The notes under the pieces are model-generated. The model was not told where the DNA came from, searched no databases, and saw only the letters and a program-made list of their open reading frames with translations. Made by a program: the position numbers and the translations under genes. A stretch of DNA of 63,684 bases, the filler included. It is 10 parts of 10 records of this genome, joined end to end, with 100 filler letters (N's around TTAATTAATTAA, not from the genome) between each part and the next. Parts side by side here need not be neighbours in the genome. Positions count along the whole stretch, not along the records: positions 1 to 6,444 come from SRR31147125_112825; positions 6,545 to 13,420 come from SRR31147125_112845; 8 more parts are not named here. One strand, written 5' to 3'. Positions 1 through 8,812 of this stretch are shown piece by piece. Position 1 is the first letter of the stretch, and the number at the start of each line of letters is the position of its first letter.

Positions 1-2
1 TG

Positions 3-221
3 GCCCTGAAATCGGGTGCCAGAAGCGTTCTTGGATCCCTCTGGCCGGTGTCGGACAGTGCGACACAAACCCTGTTGTCGATATTTTATGACACATTGAA
101 AAACGAAACGATCTCCAAAGCCGAAGCCCTTCGGAGAGCACAGTTGAAATTGATCCACAGCGATACCTATCACCACCCGTTTCATTGGGCACCGTTTATA
201 TTGATTGGAAACTGGTTGTAA
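3..221 (+). CDS. CHAT (caspase-like) domain protein, C-terminal end only
   Basis: Manual translation, not in ORF track: ALKSGARSVLGSLWPVSD...KAEALRRAQLKLI...HPFHWAPFILIGNWL*, the typical CHAT C-terminus. Confidence 0.9.
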   Translation, partial: ALKSGARSVLGSLWPVSDSATQTLLSIFYDTLKNETISKAEALRRAQLKLIHSDTYHHPFHWAPFILIGNWL

Positions 222-289
222 GTGGATCTTTACATCCGTACTTATGTACGGATACCCCTTATCTATTACCCGAGTAGAAGGAATTTATC

Positions 290-997
290 ATGAAAACCCA
301 TTATCCCATACTGAGACATCCGTTCATCACACTGATTTTGGGGATCACTATTTTGGGATTGTTTGTGATCCCGGCGCTGTTTCCCCCCATGGCGTTTTGC
401 GCAGATAAAAGCCCAACCAACGACCAAGCCGACACCATCCGGGCTAAGATCGGCATCCAAGTGCAATCTCAAAGCAGAGTGTTCCGATCCAAGGCCAGAG
501 AACGGCTAAAGGCCGGAGACCTGATCCGACTTTACGTCCATCCGGAAAAGAGCTGTTTTATCTACATCCTCCACAGCGACGGCAACACCGTCAATCTGCT
601 CAACGTCACCCAGCAGAACGTTCAAAGCGCCACACTGATCCTTCCGTCTGCCCAGGCCTATTTTGAATTTGACGGAAAGAGCGAAACGGAGCAGCTTGCC
701 GTCATCTGTTCCCCCAAGAAAATTCCGGAACTGGCGGAGTTGACGGAGAAGCGACTCTCCCATGAAAAATGGCACGCCATTAAAAAAAAGTTGACCGAAA
801 AGAGCAAACTGCTCATCGCCGATGAAGATCAGCATCGATTTGCCATTGCCGGGAATGTCCGCGGTTTGGATGGGATGATCAAATCCGAAAACTCGGGGAT
901 TTCATCGGCTAATACAGACCTCTTTTTAAAGGAATTACAGATCTTTTCCGGCAAAGGATTGTTGATCAAAACCTATGAGTTCATCATTCAAAAATAA
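290..997 (+). CDS. Exported DUF4384-like protein
   Basis: N-terminal hydrophobic signal/anchor; LKAGDLIRLYVHPEKSCFIYILHSDG...LILPS pattern resembles DUF4384. Confidence 0.65.
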   Translation: MKTHYPILRHPFITLILGITILGLFVIPALFPPMAFCADKSPTNDQADTIRAKIGIQVQSQSRVFRSKARERLKAGDLIRLYVHPEKSCFIYILHSDGNTVNLLNVTQQNVQSATLILPSAQAYFEFDGKSETEQLAVICSPKKIPELAELTEKRLSHEKWHAIKKKLTEKSKLLIADEDQHRFAIAGNVRGLDGMIKSENSGISSANTDLFLKELQIFSGKGLLIKTYEFIIQK

Positions 998-3314
998 AAA
1001 ACGGCTTCGTGCCGTTTTCCTGATGTCGACGCTGCTTTTCTCCGTTGCCCTTCTCTTGTTCGGCACGGGAAAAAGCATCTGGACCATTTGGGATTACAAG
1101 ATTCTGGACTACTTCTACAGAGCCGCAGTAAAAAACGGTCACGGCCCCGACCCCTCATTTTCTCCCCGGATTCTATACCTCAACATCACCGAGGAGAGCT
1201 ACGACTACTTTGGTAAGCACCTTCTGGATCGGGGGGATCTGGCGCCGTTGAATCCGGCACTGGCACAGATGGGAGTGGAAGGAATCATCTACGACATTAT
1301 TTTTGCAAGGGCCGGGGATCCGGTTTCGGATGACGCCTTTGCAAAAAGCATCGATGGAAGCGAAATGGTTCACCTTCCCATTGCCTTTGCACTTTCAGAT
1401 CACCCCACGCCGTTCCAGTGGCAGGATAACAGTGCCTACGATCGAATCCGAAGGAACTATTCCGAACCGATTCATGAAACCCATAAAGAGAAAAGCCGCC
1501 CCTTTCACGCCGTAAAAGCATTGACCCAATATCCCCCGTTTGCGACGGTTGCCGCCGGTTCCGGGGACATCACGGCCCAGGCCGATACCGACAGCATCTA
1601 CCGGCATGTCACCCTTCTCACTCAGATCGACAATCGATTCTACCCGGCCTTCTCCCTTGCCATTTTCATGGATTGGGCCGGAGTGACCATGGCCGATCTT
1701 ACTGTTGAGTGGGGCAAACAGATCACCATCCCGGCCACCCGTAACTCATTCTTGGAGGAAGATGTCATCGTCCCCATAGACGAGCGGGGACGCGCTTTCA
1801 TTCCCTACGTCGATGGGATGGGAAAAGATTTTCAGCAGATGGCAGTTCATCGTTTTTTGACTCACTTCCAAGATCCCGATCTGCATGGAAACCTGCTCGA
1901 TTTTTTTGAAGGGAACTACGTCTTTATCGGAGACATCGCGGCCGGCACTTCCGATCTGGGATATACCCCTTTAGAAGCCGATGTCCCCCTAATCACCATC
2001 CACGCCGCCATGCTCAATGCCTTGCTCACCAACACCTTTTACACGGAATGGTCTCGTTACAATTCTGTCATGGCCGTTTTTCTTATACTCATCATCTTGA
2101 CTGTGACAGCGTGTTTTAGATCGTCATGGATGCTATATTCAGCAGGTCTTTTGATGGTCATTCTACTTCCCGTTTTCACCTGGTTTGAATTGCTCCGTTT
2201 TTCCCTTTTTCCCATAGCCACTTTTTTAACGTTTTTTTTGATTTCATTTTCCAGCCTCATCATTTTTCTGGAAATATCAACGTCTAAAGATCGCAGTTTT
2301 ATCAAACGAACCTTTGGCAGATATGTACCGGAGAGGGTGGTGGATACCCTTCTCGATCGACCGGAGATGATATCCCTTGGCGGTGAGGAACGTGTGGTGA
2401 CGGTTCTGTTTTCCGATCTGGCAGGATTCACCACCATCTCGGAACAGCTCTCTCCAAAAGCGTTGGTAGCGCTTCTCAATGAATATTTTACGGAAATGGC
2501 CCAAATCATCATGTCCCACGGAGGCATCATCGACAAATTTCAGGGAGATGCAATCATGGCGGAATTCGGCATGCCCGTTCCCTCGGATGACCACGGAGAT
2601 CAGGCAGTTACAGCTGCCGTAGCCATGCTCCGCAAACTGTCCGAATTAAGAGTGGGATGGAAAAAGAGAGGAATTCCAGAGCTGCAATGCCGTATCGGCA
2701 TCAATACCGGAAAGGTCATTGTCGGCAATATGGGTTCAAAGACGGCCATGGATTATACCGTGATGGGAGACGCGGTTAATTTAGCGTCTCGTCTGGAAGG
2801 GGCCAACAAGTATTATGACACCCATTTAATGATTTCCGAGTTTACACTCAAACAGCTGCCATCCCGACGTTTTCAAGTTCGAATTCTGGATTTCGTTAAA
2901 GTAAAAGGAAAGCGCCGTGCCGTCAAAATATACGAAGTCTATGGAATCCATGATTCTGATGCATCCGCAGGTATGAAAAAGAAGGTAAACAATAACAACG
3001 GTGTAATTCAGTCGAATCCATCGACTCTCGATTCCAATTCAAGCCGCTTACCCGATTCAGAACCCAACAAGTCGGACAGTGACCAACCCAATGTTGAAGA
3101 TTTTCGATACCACACTATCTACGATCGAGCATTCAACGCCTATTTAAATAAAGAATTTTCTCAAGCCGCCACCCTTTTTTCAGAAGCATTGATACTGCGT
3201 CCCGAGGATAAAGCAAGCATCAAAATGCTCAATCGATTGGAAAAATTGGGAAAGGATATGAATCCGGATCAACTGGAGTCTTGGGACGGCTCTGTGGCCC
3301 TGGACGCAAAATAA
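975..3314 (+). CDS. CHASE2-domain class III adenylate cyclase with C-terminal TPR-like tail
   Basis: Periplasmic CHASE2-like region (YDIIF, DxDSIYR, IHAAMLNALL), three TM helices, cyclase motifs FSDLAGFT, DKFQGD, DYTVMGDAVNLASRLE. Confidence 0.9.
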   Translation: MSSSFKNKKRLRAVFLMSTLLFSVALLLFGTGKSIWTIWDYKILDYFYRAAVKNGHGPDPSFSPRILYLNITEESYDYFGKHLLDRGDLAPLNPALAQMGVEGIIYDIIFARAGDPVSDDAFAKSIDGSEMVHLPIAFALSDHPTPFQWQDNSAYDRIRRNYSEPIHETHKEKSRPFHAVKALTQYPPFATVAAGSGDITAQADTDSIYRHVTLLTQIDNRFYPAFSLAIFMDWAGVTMADLTVEWGKQITIPATRNSFLEEDVIVPIDERGRAFIPYVDGMGKDFQQMAVHRFLTHFQDPDLHGNLLDFFEGNYVFIGDIAAGTSDLGYTPLEADVPLITIHAAMLNALLTNTFYTEWSRYNSVMAVFLILIILTVTACFRSSWMLYSAGLLMVILLPVFTWFELLRFSLFPIATFLTFFLISFSSLIIFLEISTSKDRSFIKRTFGRYVPERVVDTLLDRPEMISLGGEERVVTVLFSDLAGFTTISEQLSPKALVALLNEYFTEMAQIIMSHGGIIDKFQGDAIMAEFGMPVPSDDHGDQAVTAAVAMLRKLSELRVGWKKRGIPELQCRIGINTGKVIVGNMGSKTAMDYTVMGDAVNLASRLEGANKYYDTHLMISEFTLKQLPSRRFQVRILDFVKVKGKRRAVKIYEVYGIHDSDASAGMKKKVNNNNGVIQSNPSTLDSNSSRLPDSEPNKSDSDQPNVEDFRYHTIYDRAFNAYLNKEFSQAATLFSEALILRPEDKASIKMLNRLEKLGKDMNPDQLESWDGSVALDAK

Positions 3315-3342
3315 CGCCGCTATATATAATTGAGACACGGAT

Positions 3343-4163
3343 ATGGATTTCAACAAAACAAAGATCTGCCCTAAATGTGATTTCCCACGTCATCCAAAGG
3401 ATTTGGAATGTCCCAACTGCGGCGTTATTTACAAAAAGGCAGAACAGGCAATTTGCAATCATGCTGATAATGACGATGCAAACAGTGAAACCGTCTGTTA
3501 TATGTGCCCCTTATGCAATCGCTCCATCCATAAAAATGAAACAGAATGTCCTCTTTGCGGATACGCGGACAAATGCTGGGGATGCAATCGATTGGCGGAA
3601 CTTAATGTAGAAGTATGCCCCCATTGTCAATTTAAAATTATCAAATCCGAAGAGAAAAAGGGTATCACGTTCTGGATAGTCCTAATTGTCGGATATTTCA
3701 TCCTCTCATTTCTGTTCCTGATAAAAAGACCCTACACCATTTCATTCAATCAAGAGTATCTTTTCACAATCAAAGTATTGTCTCTGCCGATTATTCTCAT
3801 ATCCTTTTTTGTGGCACATAAAGCCTGCAAGGTCATCTTACCCGGAACAATATACCATTTCCTGCTTGTATTTTTTGGAATGACGTTTGCGTTTCTACTG
3901 ACCACCTCACTGTACGTTGCAGCAATCAATTACTATATCGGCGAACATCCAGCGATGGAAGTCTCTTGTCAAGTTGTCGGAAAAAGAATCGTTGGATGGC
4001 AGGGAACGTCAAGGGTTATCCAGATCTCCAGTCCCCAGTTACCGAGCACTTTAAGCTTTCGAGTAACAAAATTGTATTACGAAACCGTCAAGACTGGAGA
4101 TCAATTCAAAAAAGAATTAAAAAAGGATCCCTGGGTTTATATTACTGGGATCGAAAAGAGTAA
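3343..4163 (+). CDS. Multi-zinc-ribbon membrane protein (probable 1-nt homopolymer indel near 4120)
   Basis: Six CxxC motifs then about three TM segments; one extra A in the A-run near 4120 gives ...KKGSLGLYYWDRKE* ending at 4163 and removes the overlap with yccF. Confidence 0.6.
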
Positions 4164-4193
4164 TTCCCACATCCAGGGAATCTCGGAAGAAAG

Positions 4194-4604
4194 TCAAATA
4201 TTGCGAGACGACATTTTATTCGACATGCACCGTCTGTTTTCCCAAAGGGCAAAACAGACACCTGCCAATTTAAAATGGGCCAGCCCAAAGGGAATCCCGA
4301 TGATTGTCAAGCATAGGCTTATTCCTGCAAGGATGTGTGAAATTGCAAGCCAAATCCCTGCCAGTACAATCCAGAGAAAATTCGCAATCCCGGTACCAAT
4401 CACACGGCTTTCTCCCAACTCTCGAACATCCACCAACCGTTTACCGAATGGAAATGCCGCATACCCAGCGATCCTGAAAGATGCATAGGCAAAGGGAATC
4501 CCAACCACGGTGATGAAAAGCAGACACCCAAGCAGTATCCAGAGTGCCCATGAAATCAAACCTCCACCAAAAATGAACCAGATGATATTGATAAGCAGTA
4601 TCAT
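4194..4604 (-). CDS. yccF: YccF domain inner membrane protein
   Basis: Two repeats of N(I/F)(I/L)W...T(V/I)(V/I)GIPF; probable indel near 4250 (restored end FAPLGKQTVHVE*). Confidence 0.85.
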   Translation of the reverse strand: MILLINIIWFIFGGGLISWALWILLGCLLFITVVGIPFAYASFRIAGYAAFPFGKRLVDVRELGESRVIGTGIANFLWIVLAGIWLAISHILAGISLCLTIIGIPFGLAHFKLAGVCFALWENRRCMSNKMSSRNI

Positions 4605-4769
4605 GTCTTCTCAGCCCCTCATATTTCAACCCATATTATCTGTCGGTCAGTTTGTTAACGAATTGTATGATGCGGTTTGTTCCTGCCACATCACCCCTAC
4701 CAAAACCGGCTTTCCCAACTTTCGGGCTTCTTTCAGAAAACCGATCGTCTTGTCTGAATCGTACACCAC

Positions 4770-5696
4770 TCAAACAACCAATTTTTTAACTTCGTCACGG
4801 CGGCAATCCCCCCACCTGTAAATTGCATCCCGAACACCACACTGATTATGTGATGCGACGGTCTCAAATCCCTTTTTGATCTCTTCCGGGGCATTGTCCA
4901 CCACAAATCCCTTTCCGGCCCACGAAAGCAAATCCAGATCGTTATAGTCATTTCCCACAGCGACCACATCCATGGGATGGATTCCCATGGACTCGGCCAG
5001 CCCGGCTGCGGCATGGCTTTTGGACACGTGTCGATGAAATACTTCGATCCAGACGGACTCTCCATCGAGAGGCGACGTGGCTTTGATGACGCTGAAATCA
5101 TCGAGTTTCAAACGAATCCGATCAGCCACCCCGTGACCTTGGGGTGCCGGAACAATGGCCAACACTTCCGTTGCGGCTCCGAAGCCGTTGACGCCCTTCT
5201 CCGTCATGGGGGTACCATACGCTTCGTACATGGAAATCCTGGCTCGAAAATCCGACGAGGCGTGTTCCATATTCCCACTCCCCGGTTTATAGATGAAGTA
5301 TCGCGTATCCGGCACCGGTTTATGCACCATATAGTCGATGCCCAGGGTGTCGAAGTAGACGGTAATTTGTTTCACATCCTCTCCGTCAAGGGACTGGGAC
5401 TGAATGACCCGACCATGCTTACACTCCATCACACCGGCCCCGGTGGAAAAAATTACATAATCCACCGGCATATCTTTTGCTGTGGGAGAGAATCCCATGT
5501 TTTTTACCGCCTTTTGAAAGGAATAGATGGATCTCCCGGTGGCAAACACCCTTACGACGCCCCTCTCTCCAAGACTTTCAAGTGCAGCCAAATCGTCTTC
5601 ATGGATACTCCGTTTGTCGTTAAAAAGGGTGCCGTCCAGGTCGGTGATAAACATTTTTTTTCCGTTTTTCATGTGATACGATGCTCTCTTTCTCAA
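4770..5696 (-). CDS. Cof-type HAD-IIB hydrolase
   Basis: DLDGTL motif I, ATGRS, VSKS, GNDYND; start may be ATG at 5672. Confidence 0.9.
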   Translation of the reverse strand: MRKRASYHMKNGKKMFITDLDGTLFNDKRSIHEDDLAALESLGERGVVRVFATGRSIYSFQKAVKNMGFSPTAKDMPVDYVIFSTGAGVMECKHGRVIQSQSLDGEDVKQITVYFDTLGIDYMVHKPVPDTRYFIYKPGSGNMEHASSDFRARISMYEAYGTPMTEKGVNGFGAATEVLAIVPAPQGHGVADRIRLKLDDFSVIKATSPLDGESVWIEVFHRHVSKSHAAAGLAESMGIHPMDVVAVGNDYNDLDLLSWAGKGFVVDNAPEEIKKGFETVASHNQCGVRDAIYRWGDCRRDEVKKLVV

Positions 5697-5753
5697 TAAA
5701 TTTAGGCCGATGATTCGCCATTTCAGTAGGCGTGATACCCTTCAGGAGGTTTT

Positions 5754-6444
5754 ATGTCCATGACTTCAAAATTTTTAAGCGCTATATTAAACCATTTACG
5801 ACACAGTTCAAGAAAAGACTTTTTGGATCCCCATCAACACCGAGCTTTTCTGGAAGAAAGCGCCGGACATTTCAGACAAGACCCGGCCGTCTTGATGGAA
5901 AAATTTTCGATTGGCCACATTCCGGCAGCATGGCTCACCCCGCAGAACGGTCCCCCTTTTCCCCCTCAGCCCCATCGTCGGGTGATATTATACCTTCACG
6001 GTGGGGGCTTTGTCGCAGGATCCATCAACACCCACCGGGATCTGGCGTCCCGAATTGCGAAATCCGCAAATCAAAAGATACTGATTATCGATTATCGGCT
6101 GGCTCCGGAACACCCTTTTCCGGCAGGGTTGGAAGACGCGTTAAGCGCCTACAAATGGTTGGCCGACCGATACTATCCTTACCATCAAATATCCATCGTG
6201 GGTGATTCCGCCGGAGGCAATTTAGTGCTGTCGCTGATGCTCCGTCTGAAAGAACTGGGCATTCCGCTTCCTTCCAAAGCCGTTCTGATCTCACCGTGGC
6301 TTCAGCTCAATAATGGGTGTCGATTGGATATCAGTGGAGAAACCGATGAAAAAGATCCCATGCTCTCTTTCAACGCCCTAGATGAAACAGCCAATATTTA
6401 TGCTGATCTGAGCCACAAAATCCATGGAGAGGTTTGCGGGAAAA
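5754..6444 (+). CDS. Alpha/beta hydrolase (HSL-family esterase), 3' truncated
   Basis: HGGGF, DYRLAPEHPFPA and GDSAGG motifs. Confidence 0.9.
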
Positions 6445-6544
6445 NNNNNNNNNNNNNNNNNNNNNNNNNNNNNNNNNNNNNNNNNNNNTTAATTAATTAA
6501 NNNNNNNNNNNNNNNNNNNNNNNNNNNNNNNNNNNNNNNNNNNN
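6445..6544. other. Artificial contig spacer
   Basis: N44-TTAATTAATTAA-N44 with stops in all six frames; identical spacers at 13421, 18915, 24182, 29815, 37965, 44627, 50016 and 55506. Confidence 0.99.
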
Positions 6545-7429
6545 GGGGCCTGTCCGATAATCGCGGTAGCCGGTGCCGCACACAAAACCACCCTGCAGAG
6601 TGTCGATTCGGCAATCAAACTGGGGCTTGCAGATTTTCTGCTGTATGGCAGTGAAGCAGGCATAATGCGCATCGCCGACGAATGTGACCTCACCATTCCC
6701 CGGAAAACCGTCCATGACTGTACAGATGAGCAGGCCTGTGCGGTCGCGGCGGCTAAAAGCTGTGCGGAGGGTCGGGCAGGTGTGTTGATGAAAGGATCCG
6801 TTCACACTTCCGTATTCTCCAAAGCTTTTCTGAACAAAGAATTAGGATTACTTCCGGAAGGGAGAATTGTCAGTCATACGGCCATGTTCCGCATCGCTGA
6901 TTATCATAAACCGTTCCTGCTGACCGATGCAGCTTTGGCTATTGACCCTGATTTTACACGTAAAAAACAGATACTGTTCAATGCCTGCACCATATCCCGT
7001 CAGCTTGGAACTACGGTAATAAAAGCAGCCTGTCTGGGACCGGTGGAAACTGTTAACCCGAAAATAACTTCAACTATCGATGCCGAACAGCTGGTAATTC
7101 TGCAAAGAGAGACCCGCTTCTTCGGGGATGGAGTTGTCGTGGAGGAGCCGCTGGCTCTGGATGCGGCCATGAACGCGGAATCCGCAAAAATCAAGAACAT
7201 TGATGGTGAAGTTCCCGGAAATCCCGACATTCTGCTGCTTCCCGGGCTGGACGCGGCCAATATGCTTTATAAATCGTTTATCCTGGACCCGCGTACTTTG
7301 GCGGCAGGCATGATCGCCGGTCTGCGTGTACCGGTTATTCTGAACTCCCGTTCTGACAACGACAGAACGCGCCTGCTGTCGCTTTGTATGGCGCTTGCCG
7401 CGGCTGCCGGAGAGCAGGACATCAATTAA
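6545..7429 (+). CDS. Phosphate acetyl/butyryltransferase family, 5' truncated
   Basis: LMKGSVHTS, TDAAL, ETVNPK, PLALDAA, ANMLYK, PVILNSRSD. Confidence 0.88.
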   Translation, partial: GACPIIAVAGAAHKTTLQSVDSAIKLGLADFLLYGSEAGIMRIADECDLTIPRKTVHDCTDEQACAVAAAKSCAEGRAGVLMKGSVHTSVFSKAFLNKELGLLPEGRIVSHTAMFRIADYHKPFLLTDAALAIDPDFTRKKQILFNACTISRQLGTTVIKAACLGPVETVNPKITSTIDAEQLVILQRETRFFGDGVVVEEPLALDAAMNAESAKIKNIDGEVPGNPDILLLPGLDAANMLYKSFILDPRTLAAGMIAGLRVPVILNSRSDNDRTRLLSLCMALAAAAGEQDIN

Positions 7430-7530
7430 AATCTCAGGCTGTTTCTCCTCCCGAATCTGCAGACCGAATCTGTTGAAATGATTGTGTTTTGCCCCATTTC
7501 AAGATATGCTGTACAGGATGGAGGTGTTGT

Positions 7531-8025
7531 ATGGCACAACAGAGATCATTTTTAAAGTTTTTGATTACCTTGATTTTCATTGCGGCAATTGCCTTTGGTG
7601 TAATTTACTTTTTCTTTCCCGATATTTCTGAAGAATACCTGAATATGAGTTGGGAATCCCGTGGGAAAACCGGCAGTGAGGCGGAGCAGGCCGTGGACGA
7701 TGTTGTGGGCGGTCTCACCAAAGCCCTGAAAGATGCCGGAGCTGATGATGCCGAGATTGAGATGATTCTTTCACGGGCCGATGTGGATGATATTATCGAT
7801 GCTCTGGAACAGGCTGCCAAAGACGGCAAAGATGAAGTCAGCGCGTTTGTGAACTCAATCGGGGAAAAGGTAGATTTTGGAGATCTGGATATGGATGTCG
7901 TGAAAGACAGTCTTGGAACAACCTTCAGCAATATCGATTTCTCCGGCATGGCGGATCAAATTAAAGATGGTCTGGAGAAGGGGATAAAAAGCCTCGGTGA
8001 CGCAATCAAGGACGCGGTGAATTAA
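7531..8025 (+). CDS. Hypothetical membrane-anchored acidic helical protein
   Basis: GGAGGT RBS before ATG 7531; N-terminal TM helix; no recognised domain. Confidence 0.7.
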   Translation: MAQQRSFLKFLITLIFIAAIAFGVIYFFFPDISEEYLNMSWESRGKTGSEAEQAVDDVVGGLTKALKDAGADDAEIEMILSRADVDDIIDALEQAAKDGKDEVSAFVNSIGEKVDFGDLDMDVVKDSLGTTFSNIDFSGMADQIKDGLEKGIKSLGDAIKDAVN

Positions 8026-8030
8026 TATCC

Positions 8031-8795
8031 ATGCAGATTGTTTTTCTCGGAACCGGGACATCGCACGGTATACCGGTTATCGGATGCGGGTGTGAAGTCT
8101 GCAGCTCAAACGACCCGCGCAATACCAGAGACCGCGCGTCAGTCATGCTGGTTGATGGCGATACCAGGATTATCATTGATACCGGTCCGGATTTCCGGAA
8201 GCAGATGCTGAGAGAACGGGTAACAGATATAGATGCTGTGCTCCTGACTCATGATCATGCCGATCATCTGAACGGGATAGATGACCTGCGGGTCTTTTCC
8301 CGTGATAAGCACATTCCGGTTTACGCGTCTGGTGAGGTCCTGAATGAATTGCAAACCCGGTTCTCATATATTTTCACCAGTAAATTTCCGGGTGGCGGAA
8401 TTCCGCGCCTGATGCTGCATGAACTGGAAGATTCGCAAGTTACGATTAGTCGTACAGTATGTATCCCGGTGCCCATTCGGCATGGATGCAGGATGATTAA
8501 TGGATTCCGCATGGGAGATATGGCCTATCTGACCGACTGCAGCGGTATACCCGAAACCAGTTATCGATTGCTGGACGGCGTCAAACTGCTGGTGATCGGC
8601 GCATTGCGATATCGGAAGCATCCAACTCATTTTTCCATAGATGAAGCAGTTGCCGCGGCGCAGCGGATTGGTGCCGGGCAAACATATCTGACCCACCTCT
8701 GTCACGATGTTGACCAGGCAGTGCTGGAACGGGAGCTGCCGGAAGGCATCCTGCCTGCCTATGACGGACTTTCACTGGAGATAGACCAGACTTGA
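8031..8795 (+). CDS. MBL-fold hydrolase, PhnP/YycJ-like
   Basis: LGTGTSHGIPVIGCGCEVC, THDHADH, YLTDC, THLCH. Confidence 0.9.
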   Translation: MQIVFLGTGTSHGIPVIGCGCEVCSSNDPRNTRDRASVMLVDGDTRIIIDTGPDFRKQMLRERVTDIDAVLLTHDHADHLNGIDDLRVFSRDKHIPVYASGEVLNELQTRFSYIFTSKFPGGGIPRLMLHELEDSQVTISRTVCIPVPIRHGCRMINGFRMGDMAYLTDCSGIPETSYRLLDGVKLLVIGALRYRKHPTHFSIDEAVAAAQRIGAGQTYLTHLCHDVDQAVLERELPEGILPAYDGLSLEIDQT

Positions 8796-8812
8796 ATGGA
8801 TAAGGAAATCCA

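Noticed and set aside
4120-4488. Long antisense overlap between ORF 3343-4488 and yccF
   Set aside because: It disappears when one A is restored near 4120; the extension is just the yccF antisense frame.
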